Below are positions 55,868 to 64,000 of a stretch of 64,000 nucleotides of DNA, piece by piece. Source of the stretch: Candidatus Marsarchaeota G1 archaeon BE_D. GTDB lineage: Archaea > Thermoproteota > Thermoprotei_A > Marsarchaeales > Marsarchaeaceae. Location: NCBI GenBank assembly GCA_003019595.1, contig NEXD01000002.1, positions 13,137-77,136 on the forward strand, read 5' to 3'. Every line of letters starts with the position of its first letter. The first letter of the stretch is position 1. The position numbers and the translations under genes were made by a program. The notes beneath the pieces are model-generated. The model had not been told where the DNA came from, ran no database searches, and saw nothing but the letters and a program-made list of their open reading frames with translations.

Positions 55868-56545
55868 AAACTCTCCTGGCTTTAATATTATACATTTTGC
55901 CTTTGTCTTAGTTTCCACATTTTTCTTAAACTCCATAGCATCTGCTTTTATTATGGGAAATGTGTTGTAATGCATCGGTATGACAATTTTTGGTTGAAGA
56001 TATTCCACAGCATAAATAGCGTCGTGTGAATCCATTGTGTAAAATCCCCCAATGGGAAGAAGGGCTACATCCAAATTGTTTCTCTCACCAATAAGTTTCA
56101 TATCATAGAAAACGTCTGTGTCACCCGCGTGATATATGTTTTTTCCGCCCATTTTTATTACGAAACCGCAAGGATTGCCTGCTACGTTTAAACTTTCACC
56201 ATAACTAGAGCTATGAACTGCCCAAGTTATTTTCACTTTGGCAAACCCAAAATCATATGTCCCTCCGTGGTTTCCTCCAACCGCTTTTGCCCCATCCTTC
56301 TCTAATCTCACTGATAGTTCATAAGTTGTGAAAATTGGCGTTCCAAGTTTTTTTGACAGAAAAAGTGCATCGCCCAAATGATCCGAGTGACCGTGGGTCA
56401 CGAGAATTAAATCGGCTTTGATCGAATCGCTCTTTTCCGCTGCTACTGGATTGCCTGTAAGAAATGGATCGATTATTATGGTTTTGCTTTGATCTTCTAG
56501 GGTAAAACATGCATGACCCAAATACCTAATTTTCACCATAAACAC
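55856..56545 (-). CDS. UPF0173-type metal-dependent hydrolase (metallo-beta-lactamase fold)
   Basis: 229 aa. YLGHACF and LILVTHGHSDHLGD. Confidence 0.75.
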   Translation of the reverse strand: MFMVKIRYLGHACFTLEDQSKTIIIDPFLTGNPVAAEKSDSIKADLILVTHGHSDHLGDALFLSKKLGTPIFTTYELSVRLEKDGAKAVGGNHGGTYDFGFAKVKITWAVHSSSYGESLNVAGNPCGFVIKMGGKNIYHAGDTDVFYDMKLIGERNNLDVALLPIGGFYTMDSHDAIYAVEYLQPKIVIPMHYNTFPIIKADAMEFKKNVETKTKAKCIILKPGEFLEL

Positions 56546-56865
56546 ACAATTTTTTAACGTAGCTTTAAGGCTTCTGATAACAAACGGATTATAAAAACAG
56601 AATTTTATTACTAAGACAATTCATATTAGTTATTAAATATGTCGTTCGCTTGATTAGCATCTAAGTATGGAAACATCGTCGCTATTGTGCGCAAAAATAC
56701 ATACGAGGCATTTACAAATCAATGTGCGGACTATTGGACAGAGCGTATTTTTAAATTACAGTAACATCTCCTGCGCTAAGGCTTTACTGTGCACCAACGA
56801 TAATAAAGTGCTGTGCAAAATGAGCTTCTCAAATCCACGTGTACGCACTTTGTACTGTTAAAAAG

Positions 56866-56966
56866 TGCGGGGAGTGGGATTTGAACCCACGCAGGCCTTC
56901 GCCGGCAGATCACTCATTGTTTTGATCTTGAGTCTGCTCCCTTTGACCAGGCTCGGGCATCCCCGC
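56866..56966 (-). tRNA. tRNA-Leu (CAA) with a 16-nt canonical (37/38) BHB intron
   Basis: Acceptor GCGGGGA/UCCCCGC, anticodon stem GCAGA/UCUGC, loop CUCAAG|intron|A, long variable arm, T arm GUGGG-UUCAAAU-CCCAC. The intron pairs CUCA/UGAG, with AGA and UGA bulges. Confidence 0.85.
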
Positions 56967-58229
56967 TTTACTCTTGTTTTTTATGTTCCCGCCTAAAATT
57001 TTTACTGTTTGCACCTCTATTAATTTTTCTTGATCTTCTTTCTTAAGTTGTGAAAGTAAATCGGATAGCATTATACCTTTTACATTTCTGCCTTTTCTAT
57101 CCCTTACGGCCACAGTATTAGTGGTTTCCTCTTCAGATCCAACCACAATCATATACGGAATACCAGACAATACCGCATTTCTAATACGCTTAGGAAGAGT
57201 TAAAGAGTTGTTGTCTAAATCGGCCCTAAAACCACTTTTTCTTATTTCTTGATAAATTATCTTTGCATATTCTGAATATTTTTCTGACACTGGAATTACC
57301 CTTACTTGTTTGGGCGCTAGCCATAGCGGCAAATTTCCTTTATAATGTTCTAAAAGAATTCCTATGAATCTTTCTAATGATCCAACCAAAGCTCTGTGAA
57401 TGATTAACGGAGGCTTTTCTTTACCATCACGATCTGTGTATTTTAATCCCAATCTTTCTCCTAAATTAAAATCCAATTGAATTGTAGACAATTGCCACTG
57501 TCTGCCAAGAGAATCTTTCGCATGCACATCAATTTTTGGTCCATAAAAAGCTCCTTCTCCTTCTGCAATTTGGTAATTTAATCCAGCCTTAGAAGCAACT
57601 TCTATGAGCGTTTTTGTAGCAATTTCCCACATTTTTGGATCACCTATTGCATCTGCTGGCTTAGTAGAAATATTCACTGAAAGATCTTTTAAACCAAAAG
57701 TTTCCAAAACTGTAATAGCAGCCAAAAGGATATTTCGTAAAACGCTTTCAACCTGATCGTTTGCAAGAAAAACATGTCCATCATCTTGAGTTATTGATCT
57801 TACACGTAACAATCCTGTGAGCTCCCCTTCTTGTTCGTTTCTGTAAACTGTAGCAAATTCCGAATACATTATAGGTAAATCTTTGTAACTACGAGGTTTA
57901 GAAGAAAATATTAGTGCGTGCGCAGGACAATTCATAGGTTTTAAACCATATTCATGTTCGCCTATTTTAAACAAAAACATTCGGGTTTTATACGAAGAAT
58001 AGTGACCAGATTTTTTCCATAAATCCGCATTAAACAAATGCGGTGTCCAGACCTCTTCAAACCCTAATTTCTGATTCACTTCTCTTAGATAGTCAATTAT
58101 AATATTTCTTAAAACTGTACCGTCAGGATGAAAAACTGGAAGGCCAGAGCCTGCTTCTTCATGAAACGAAAATAAATCTCTTTCTCTTCCTAGTTGTAGA
58201 TGACTTTTGTTACCTGACATGTTTGTCAT
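56910..58229 (-). CDS. thrS: Threonyl-tRNA synthetase, catalytic form lacking the N-terminal editing domain (ThrRS-cat)
   Basis: 439 aa. It begins directly with the class II core (FHEEAGSGLPVFHPDG, KPMNCPAH, FRNEQEGELTGLLRVR, QDDGH, GPKID) plus the anticodon-binding domain. The last 19 codons overlap tRNA-Leu. Confidence 0.85.
   Translation of the reverse strand: MTNMSGNKSHLQLGRERDLFSFHEEAGSGLPVFHPDGTVLRNIIIDYLREVNQKLGFEEVWTPHLFNADLWKKSGHYSSYKTRMFLFKIGEHEYGLKPMNCPAHALIFSSKPRSYKDLPIMYSEFATVYRNEQEGELTGLLRVRSITQDDGHVFLANDQVESVLRNILLAAITVLETFGLKDLSVNISTKPADAIGDPKMWEIATKTLIEVASKAGLNYQIAEGEGAFYGPKIDVHAKDSLGRQWQLSTIQLDFNLGERLGLKYTDRDGKEKPPLIIHRALVGSLERFIGILLEHYKGNLPLWLAPKQVRVIPVSEKYSEYAKIIYQEIRKSGFRADLDNNSLTLPKRIRNAVLSGIPYMIVVGSEEETTNTVAVRDRKGRNVKGIMLSDLLSQLKKEDQEKLIEVQTVKILGGNIKNKSKAGMPEPGQREQTQDQNNE
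56911..56926 (-). other. tRNA-Leu intron
   Basis: AUCAAAACAAUGAGUG lies between positions 37 and 38 in a bulge-helix-bulge geometry. Confidence 0.8.
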
Positions 58230-58240
58230 AATTGCTTTAC

Positions 58241-58912
58241 CTACTCATAAATTATAGTTGTTCCACGCGCCTTAAAAAGCGCTGCCTCAATTATGATATT
58301 TTCGTGCCGACCGTTTGTTATTATTGTAGGAATTTTACTTCTTCTTAGCACTTTTATCAGAACATCGTCTACTAAATCATAAGTTCCTGCAAAAGCGGGT
58401 TTTTGTGACACAATCTTTGCTAATTCATCGATGTGTACTTGTGGTAAAAATTCTGAGGAAGAAATAGCAGGATTTTCTGTATACACACCATCAACATTAG
58501 TAAGAATAATCAGCCTATCTGCATTAACCCTTTCTGCAAGTATTGCGGCAACTGCCGTTGTAGATTGTCCAGGCGTTAGCCCACCCATTACAACTACATT
58601 AGAGTTGACCCACCCCGAATCAAACTCTTGCATGGTTGTGGGAATTAATGGGTATGCTAACTGTGGCAAACACTGAATTAGAACGTATGCATTGAGCCTT
58701 GAAACCATAATTCCTATCTCATCTAAAGCAGCCTCATTTGAGCCGAGTGTCCTTAAAAGCTCTATCCATCTTCTAGCCTGATTTCCTCCTCCTACGACCA
58801 CTGCGATTCTATGTCCTGCTTCAACCAAACTTTTAATTTGTGTGGCGTACTTTGAGAAACTGGCTTCTCCTTCATCAAGCAAATGTCCACCGATTTTTAC
58901 CACAAACCGCAT
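58241..58912 (-). CDS. pyrH: UMP kinase (archaeal PyrH)
   Basis: 223 aa. FVVKIGGHLL, VVVGGGN and an amino-acid-kinase fold. Confidence 0.8.
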   Translation of the reverse strand: MRFVVKIGGHLLDEGEASFSKYATQIKSLVEAGHRIAVVVGGGNQARRWIELLRTLGSNEAALDEIGIMVSRLNAYVLIQCLPQLAYPLIPTTMQEFDSGWVNSNVVVMGGLTPGQSTTAVAAILAERVNADRLIILTNVDGVYTENPAISSSEFLPQVHIDELAKIVSQKPAFAGTYDLVDDVLIKVLRRSKIPTIITNGRHENIIIEAALFKARGTTIIYE

Positions 58913-58969
58913 GACTCATTCTTTTTAATCTCACTGCTTATATTTGATAAGGCTAACTATTATAATGAG

Positions 58970-60187
58970 ATGTCAAAAGAAACAAGTTATGACTCATACG
59001 ATGAGTACAAGCTAAAGAAATTAATTTCGGAGTTGGAAGCAAAAGAAGGAAGAGGCACCGAACTGATAAGTTTGTACATTCCCCCTCAACGCGCGATTAG
59101 CGATGTAGTTAGAGACTTAAGAGAAGAAGCTAGTACTGCATCCAACATAAAGTCCAAATCAACGAGAAAGAACGTCATGGACGCCATAGAGTCAATCTTA
59201 CAAAAACTTAAACTGTTTAAAGAGCCGCCTCCAAACGGTCTAGTAATATTCTGTGGTGCAATTCCTCATGGTGCTCCAGGAAACGAAAAGATGGAAATCC
59301 ATGTGTTAGAGCCACCTGAACCTATCAACATATACTTGTATAGGTGTGATTCAAAATTTGTCGTTGAACCATTAAAAGAATTGTTAAGGGAGAAAGAAGT
59401 TTACGGAATAATTGTAATGGATCGGTCAGAAGCCACGTTTGCATTGCTTAGTGGAAGGAGTATAAACATATTAGATACGATAACTTCAGGAATTCCTGGT
59501 AAACATCATGCAGGCGGTCAGTCTGCAAGACGGTTTCAAAGAATTATTGAACAAGTCGCTCACGAATTTTATGTTAGAATAGGAGAATATGCTTCCAAAT
59601 ACTTCTTAAATAAAGAAATAAAGGGGATTATTATTGGTGGTCCTGGGCCTAATAAAAACGAGTTTTACGAAGGAAATTATTTGCATTATGAATTACAAAA
59701 GAAAGTATTAGGTCTAGTAGATGTTGGCTATACAGGCGAAGAAGGTGTTCGCGAGCTCATAAATCGAGCAACAGATTTATTACAAAAATCTAAATTAGCT
59801 CATGAAAAGCAAATCTTTAATAAATTGATGGAAACAATGGTTAAGGACCCGCAAAAAGTTGCGATTGGTAAAAAAGAAGTCCTTGAAAAACTTGACAGAG
59901 CTGAAATTCTTATTCTTTCAGAAGAAGCTAATGACTTACGTATCACGTATGAATGTCCAAATTGCCATGAGCGAGTGGTTTCTGATTCTGAGAACGACTC
60001 AAAAACGGTTGCATGTCCTAAATGTGGTACACCAATGCTAATTGAACAAAAAGAATCGCTTGTCGACTACCTTGCTGAGACTTTAAAAAAGCGTGGAAAA
60101 GTGGTGGAGTTTATGTCTACAAAAACAGAAGAGGGTGAACAACTAAAAAATTCATTTGGAGGATATGCGGCAATCTTGAGCGACTAA
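58970..60187 (+). CDS. prf1: Peptide chain release factor aRF1
   Basis: The start is placed at ATG 58970 (MSKETSYDSYDEYKLKKLI..). NIKS and GGQSARRFQR motifs. The track start at 58883 would overlap pyrH and add a non-conserved extension. Confidence 0.9.
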   Translation: MSKETSYDSYDEYKLKKLISELEAKEGRGTELISLYIPPQRAISDVVRDLREEASTASNIKSKSTRKNVMDAIESILQKLKLFKEPPPNGLVIFCGAIPHGAPGNEKMEIHVLEPPEPINIYLYRCDSKFVVEPLKELLREKEVYGIIVMDRSEATFALLSGRSINILDTITSGIPGKHHAGGQSARRFQRIIEQVAHEFYVRIGEYASKYFLNKEIKGIIIGGPGPNKNEFYEGNYLHYELQKKVLGLVDVGYTGEEGVRELINRATDLLQKSKLAHEKQIFNKLMETMVKDPQKVAIGKKEVLEKLDRAEILILSEEANDLRITYECPNCHERVVSDSENDSKTVACPKCGTPMLIEQKESLVDYLAETLKKRGKVVEFMSTKTEEGEQLKNSFGGYAAILSD

Positions 60188-60240
60188 AAAGGCTTGCTAA
60201 ACAAAACACTATTATCTCGCTTTATTTTTAACAAGGTGCC

Positions 60241-61008
60241 ATGAGTGGATTTGAAAGAAGACTTTCGAGGATCTTTTCAGACGATGGGAGAACTGTAATA
60301 ATAGCCATAGACCATGGTCTTTTCTTTGGCTCAATTAAGGGCTTGATTGACTTTAAAACCACTGTAACCCAATTGTTAGAAGGTGGTGCTGATGCTCTAC
60401 AAATGTCATTTGCAATGACTAGGTTTACTAAAGAGCCTATCACTAAGTGCGGATTAATAGTGCGATTGGACACCACTAATTTATGGAGACAAAAGCCTAA
60501 ACCCCAGATAGCTTTGCACAACGCTGTATTTAATTTAAAGCAAGCAATTAAAGCGGATGCAGATGCAGTGGTGGTATATCTTTTTATAGGGGGAGAGCTT
60601 GAAAGAAAAAGTTTTTCGCTTGTATCCGATATAATTAACAAAGCTCATGATTATGATTTACCTGTGATTGTTGAGCCTATGATCGAAAAAGGTATTGGTG
60701 AATCGATAGCAGAACCTACAGAATTAATAAACGCCGCAAGGTTAGCTGTTGAAATGGGTGCCGATATTTTAAAAGTCGATTACACAGGCGACCAAGAAAG
60801 TTTTAAAGAGTTGGTCAAAACGTCTTCTGTTCCAGTTCTATTGAGAGGTGGGCCAAAAAGAGAGTCTCAGTCTCTTATAGACGAAATGGTTAAGGATGCC
60901 ATTAAAGCTGGTGCTCGCGGCGTTGTCTTTGGAAGAAATGTTTGGCAAACAGAAAATGTGACAGAGAGAGTAAAGCATCTAATTAGCCTCGTACACGAAA
61001 AATTTTAG
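60241..61008 (+). CDS. Class I aldolase of the DhnA/FbaB family (FBP aldolase or ADH synthase)
   Basis: 255 aa. IIAIDHG, Schiff-base Lys context ILKVDYTGD, and RGVVFGRNVWQ. Confidence 0.75.
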   Translation: MSGFERRLSRIFSDDGRTVIIAIDHGLFFGSIKGLIDFKTTVTQLLEGGADALQMSFAMTRFTKEPITKCGLIVRLDTTNLWRQKPKPQIALHNAVFNLKQAIKADADAVVVYLFIGGELERKSFSLVSDIINKAHDYDLPVIVEPMIEKGIGESIAEPTELINAARLAVEMGADILKVDYTGDQESFKELVKTSSVPVLLRGGPKRESQSLIDEMVKDAIKAGARGVVFGRNVWQTENVTERVKHLISLVHEKF

Positions 61009-61030
61009 TATATTTAAATTCATATTTTAT

Positions 61031-61978
61031 TTATAATACCGAATAAAACACGGCTATTGTTGTATATAGCCTGTTTTCCGCTTGTTCAAACACTATGCTT
61101 CTAGGACCGTCGATTACCGATTCTGTGACTTCTTGACCACGATGGGCTGGTAAACAATGCATGAAATAAGCCTCTGGTTTAGCTAATGCAAAAAGCTGAT
61201 CGTTAACTTGGTAACCTTTAAGGAGTTCAATTTTAGAAGACGCTTCGGCTTCTTGACCCATGCTCACCCAAACGTCAGTATAAACCACATCAGCGCTTTC
61301 CACGGCTTTTTGTGGATTTGTATCTATTTCTATTTTTGCACCAGTTTTTCTTGCTTCAATTTTGGCTCTTGCGACTATATCTGGTGATGGTTTAAGATTT
61401 AAAGGTGTTGCAACACTTATATATGCACCTACTTTTGCTGTTGCTAGAATTAATGAATTTGCTACGTTATTACCATCGCCCACGTATGCAATCTTTACTT
61501 TTTTAAAGTCGCCAAATTTTTCTTTAATGGTCATAAAATCAGCTAAAGCTTGCAAAGGATGCTCTTTATCGCTTAAAGCATTTATTATAGGGATTTTTGC
61601 ATAATCTCGAAAAGTGTAAAGGTCGTCATGCGAAAACACTCTAGCGGCAACGCAATGAACCATTTTACCGAAAACACGAGCGGTATCGCTTAATGGTTCT
61701 CCTCGAGAAAGTTGTAATTCATTCCAATTTAAGGCGATAGGATGCATTTTTAACATGTTACACGCAACCTCTAAAGAAAGTCTTGTTCGCGTAGATGGTT
61801 TCTGAAATAACAGCGCTACAGATTTTCCTTCTTTCTCTAAGCTAAAAAGCCCTGCCTTTATTGACCTTTTAACCCTTAAGGCAAGCTCCAGAAGACCTTC
61901 AAACTCTTCTGAAGTTAAATCGTCCACGGAAATTATACTTCTTCCTGTCAAAAGATTTACGCGCATAGTGATACACAC
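61031..61978 (-). CDS. argF: Ornithine carbamoyltransferase
   Basis: 315 aa. STRTR, HPLQALAD, DVWVSMG and HCLPAHRGQEV. Confidence 0.85.
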   Translation of the reverse strand: MCITMRVNLLTGRSIISVDDLTSEEFEGLLELALRVKRSIKAGLFSLEKEGKSVALLFQKPSTRTRLSLEVACNMLKMHPIALNWNELQLSRGEPLSDTARVFGKMVHCVAARVFSHDDLYTFRDYAKIPIINALSDKEHPLQALADFMTIKEKFGDFKKVKIAYVGDGNNVANSLILATAKVGAYISVATPLNLKPSPDIVARAKIEARKTGAKIEIDTNPQKAVESADVVYTDVWVSMGQEAEASSKIELLKGYQVNDQLFALAKPEAYFMHCLPAHRGQEVTESVIDGPRSIVFEQAENRLYTTIAVFYSVL

Positions 61979-61988
61979 TTGGACAGTC

Positions 61989-62891
61989 TTAAAACAGTTT
62001 CTTAAGAATCACTTCTGGTGAAAACTCTATGAGAGAAGAATAATCCTGACCAATTCCAATAAAATAAATTGGTTTCTTTATTATTCTTGCAACAGAAAAT
62101 ATCAAACCGCCGTGTGAGTCAGCATCCATTTTTGTGATTATAACTCCGTCAATTCCAATGTCACTGTTAAAAGTTCTTATTTGATTTACTGCGTCGTTAC
62201 CTACTAAACTATCGCCTACAAAGATTTTAAGATCAGGCTTAGAAACTCTTACTATTTTCTTCATTTCTTGAATCAAATCTGTGTCAGTGTTCATCCTTCC
62301 AGCTGTATCTATCAAAACAACATTACGTTTATTTTTACGAGCTTCTTGTACACAACCAAAAGCTACAGAAGCAGGATCGGAACCATACTTTGACAAATAA
62401 ACAGGAACACCGATTTTCTCCGCGTGTGATTTTATTTGCTCGATTGCGCCTGCTCTAAATGTGTCTGCCGCGGCAATTATAGGTAAAAATCCCTTCTCCT
62501 TTAATTTAAAGGCAAGCTTGGCTATAGTGGTCGTTTTACCGCTTCCATTAACCCCAAAGAACACAATAGTGCATAAGCCTTTTTCCTTTATAATAGAAGA
62601 TACAAGCTGGTAAAAATCGGGCGGCTTTACGATTTCTAAGATTTTTGTCAAACTTTCCTTCATTTTTGATTCAATAATTGTATGTGAATTTGTAAACCTT
62701 CCTATTTTCACATCTTTTAAAGAAAGTCTTATTTCGTTCGCTATCTCAATCGCCACGTCGTATGCCACGTCGTTCTGAATCAATTCGTGCACAAATTCGT
62801 TTACTGCGCTTTCTATTTCTTTTTCAGAAAGTTCTCTTGTTGTTATACTGTCCGAAAAATTCTTTATGGCTTTTTTTAATGACTCAAACAC
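61989..62891 (-). CDS. ftsY: Signal recognition particle receptor FtsY
   Basis: 300 aa. GVNGSGKTTTIAKLA, DTAGR and TKMD. Confidence 0.9.
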   Translation of the reverse strand: MFESLKKAIKNFSDSITTRELSEKEIESAVNEFVHELIQNDVAYDVAIEIANEIRLSLKDVKIGRFTNSHTIIESKMKESLTKILEIVKPPDFYQLVSSIIKEKGLCTIVFFGVNGSGKTTTIAKLAFKLKEKGFLPIIAAADTFRAGAIEQIKSHAEKIGVPVYLSKYGSDPASVAFGCVQEARKNKRNVVLIDTAGRMNTDTDLIQEMKKIVRVSKPDLKIFVGDSLVGNDAVNQIRTFNSDIGIDGVIITKMDADSHGGLIFSVARIIKKPIYFIGIGQDYSSLIEFSPEVILKKLF

Positions 62892-62893
62892 GT

Positions 62894-63349
62894 CTATTGA
62901 CCCGCAATTTGTAATTCTTGAACTAGCCTTTCAATTTTTGGTTGTAACAATTGAATTCTTTGGAGAGTTAGCGTGTATTCCTTCAATAATTCAGCCGATC
63001 TTTCTCTTAGGAGATTGATTCTGTCATTCAAATATTTTAAAACATTAGACACAGACATTTTTGCGTATATGTTTTGTCCTAACAAAACAAGCAAATGGTC
63101 ATAGTTTTGAAGCATCATTTTGGCAAGAACACCACTTCCAAGCGAAACAAGAGTCTCTCTTTGTAATCCCTTTTCCCCAAGTTCCTTTATGGAACTTATC
63201 GTGGTTAAAGTTTCCAATTCAGCAGCTTGTATTAGTTTTAATTGCTCGTCTAACACTTGAGCTACAGAACTTAAATATTCATATTCGGTAACGAGTTTTT
63301 GTAACAAAGAATACTTATTAGAAACAGACTGGTCTTCCATAACTCTCAC
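62894..63349 (-). CDS. pfdA: Prefoldin alpha subunit
   Basis: 151 aa. Coiled coil, central beta hairpins (LVSLGSGVLAKM..LLVLLGQNIYAKMS), then coiled coil. Confidence 0.7.
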   Translation of the reverse strand: MRVMEDQSVSNKYSLLQKLVTEYEYLSSVAQVLDEQLKLIQAAELETLTTISSIKELGEKGLQRETLVSLGSGVLAKMMLQNYDHLLVLLGQNIYAKMSVSNVLKYLNDRINLLRERSAELLKEYTLTLQRIQLLQPKIERLVQELQIAGQ

Positions 63350-63588
63350 ACTTTTTGTTCGACAAAACTTCTTATTATTGGATCTTGAATCTCTTCTGTG
63401 TTTTCTACGGGCTTGATTTCTTGAATCTTAATTTGAAATCTTTTTAGTCTGTGTTTGCTCCCAATTATAGAATAGATTCTTTCTAATGCGACCTTTTCGT
63501 TTGGGGCTAGTACGTATTTGGTAAAACGTTGCCAACCAAAAGAGCTTTTCATAACTCCTGCAACCTTAAAGACTTTTTGAGTTATCAT
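63346..63588 (-). CDS. rplX: 50S ribosomal protein LX (L18Ae/L20A family)
   Basis: 80 aa. KVFKVAGVM..WQRFTKYVLA..ERIYSIIGSKHRLKR. Conserved eif6-rplX-pfdA-ftsY order. Confidence 0.75.
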   Translation of the reverse strand: MITQKVFKVAGVMKSSFGWQRFTKYVLAPNEKVALERIYSIIGSKHRLKRFQIKIQEIKPVENTEEIQDPIIRSFVEQKV

Positions 63589-63652
63589 TTTTTTCTGTTT
63601 TATTCAGCTTTAACCAGTATTTGAGCATAGCTAACTTGCTTAGCATTAAATT

Positions 63653-64000
63653 CTAGACTTTTAATGCTCTTTCTATTTCAGCCATTTCAATACCAGTGGT
63701 TTTGTATCCCACAAAAACGAAACTATCATTATAAATTATACCGCTACGCACATATGGATAGCCTGAATTCACGGTTACACGTACACCATTAAGATTTGTG
63801 TTAGAAGAAACTAATGCGAACTCGGTTTCTGTTGTCTGTGGATGGCAAACAAATCCTTTGCTGTTAAGAGCTAATGACGAGCCAATTGTGGTAAGACCTG
63901 CAATAGTGGTTTTGATTAGCTCAACTCCTAAAGTGTCCTCAGCCGCTTTTATCGTAGCCATGCTTAGTTTGGGCGACACAAACCCCACTTTGTTGTTTGC
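63653..64000 (-). CDS. eif6: Translation initiation factor aIF6 (N-terminus beyond the window edge)
   Basis: The frame is open to the window end (..ANNKVGFVSPKLS..). Repeated eIF6 pentein segments (NSKGFVCHP, GYPYVRSG). Confidence 0.8.
   Translation of the reverse strand, partial: ANNKVGFVSPKLSMATIKAAEDTLGVELIKTTIAGLTTIGSSLALNSKGFVCHPQTTETEFALVSSNTNLNGVRVTVNSGYPYVRSGIIYNDSFVFVGYKTTGIEMAEIERALKV

Noticed and set aside
58883-58969. The track start of aRF1 at 58883, giving a 29-aa N-terminal extension that overlaps pyrH.
   Set aside because: The extension (MSTDFYHKPHDSFFLISLLIFDKANYYNE) is not aRF1-like and overlaps the divergent pyrH start. The conserved aRF1 N-terminus begins at ATG 58970, behind an AT-rich TATA-like stretch.
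59940-60050. A CxxC..CxxC zinc-ribbon insert (CPNCHERV..CPKCGT) in the C-terminal domain of aRF1, as a possible novelty.
   Set aside because: I believe comparable Cys-pair inserts occur in domain 3 of other archaeal aRF1 proteins. I cannot show this one is unusual without an alignment.
1-64000. CRISPR arrays, rRNA genes, transposases and toxin-antitoxin or restriction-modification modules.
   Set aside because: No regularly spaced repeats, rRNA-like sequence or diagnostic protein motifs were seen. The single PIN-domain gene (12365-12817) sits in the conserved rpo7-spt4-eif2g context (Fcf1-like), not next to an antitoxin.

Overview
Low-GC archaeal chromosomal core region, annotated by manual translation and motif recognition only (no database searches). 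It most likely comes from a TACK/Thermoproteota-type archaeon. Supporting signs are a cbf5 pre-mRNA intron, a catalytic-only ThrRS, a RecJ/Cdc45-like gene behind rps15, separate Kae1 and Bud32 genes, and GGTGAT Shine-Dalgarno motifs.

Positions 299-42372 are an almost unbroken minus-strand array of information-processing genes:
- RNase P protein subunits.
- KEOPS (Kae1/Bud32).
- The Rpo7-Spt4-aIF2gamma-S6e-aIF5B block.
- L7Ae-S28e-L24e-Ndk.
- GluRS.
- A mevalonate/isoprenoid block (GGPP synthase, isopentenyl phosphate kinase, a degenerate GHMP-kinase-like gene, MEMO).
- The S2/RpoN/S9/L13/L18e/RpoD/S11/S4/S13 cluster.
- cbf5-cmk-adk-secY.
- The full L3-to-L15 ribosomal protein operon.

The right third holds aCPSF2-like RNase, HMG-CoA reductase, Bcp, Rpp21, MtaB, MetRS, ThrRS, UMP kinase, aRF1, class I aldolase, OTCase, FtsY, prefoldin alpha, LX and aIF6.

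RNA genes found are four tRNAs (Ser-GGA, Pro-UGG, Val-UAC, and Leu-CAA with a canonical intron) and one well-formed C/D box sRNA.

The most interesting observations:
1. A 20-nt bulge-helix-bulge mini-intron interrupts the aIF5B (infB) coding sequence, alongside the expected 19-nt cbf5 intron.
2. The only accessory-looking segment (45.3-51.1 kb) combines a Tad/Epd-like type IV pilus module with a HerA/VirB4-clade ATPase and four small pilin-like proteins.
3. Two genes (kae1, HIT) need a -1 shift at short A runs.
4. A perfect 49-bp direct repeat brackets the rps15-cdc45 operon.
5. A catalytically degenerate GHMP kinase sits at the mevalonate kinase position.

No rRNA, CRISPR array, transposase or integrase was recognised.
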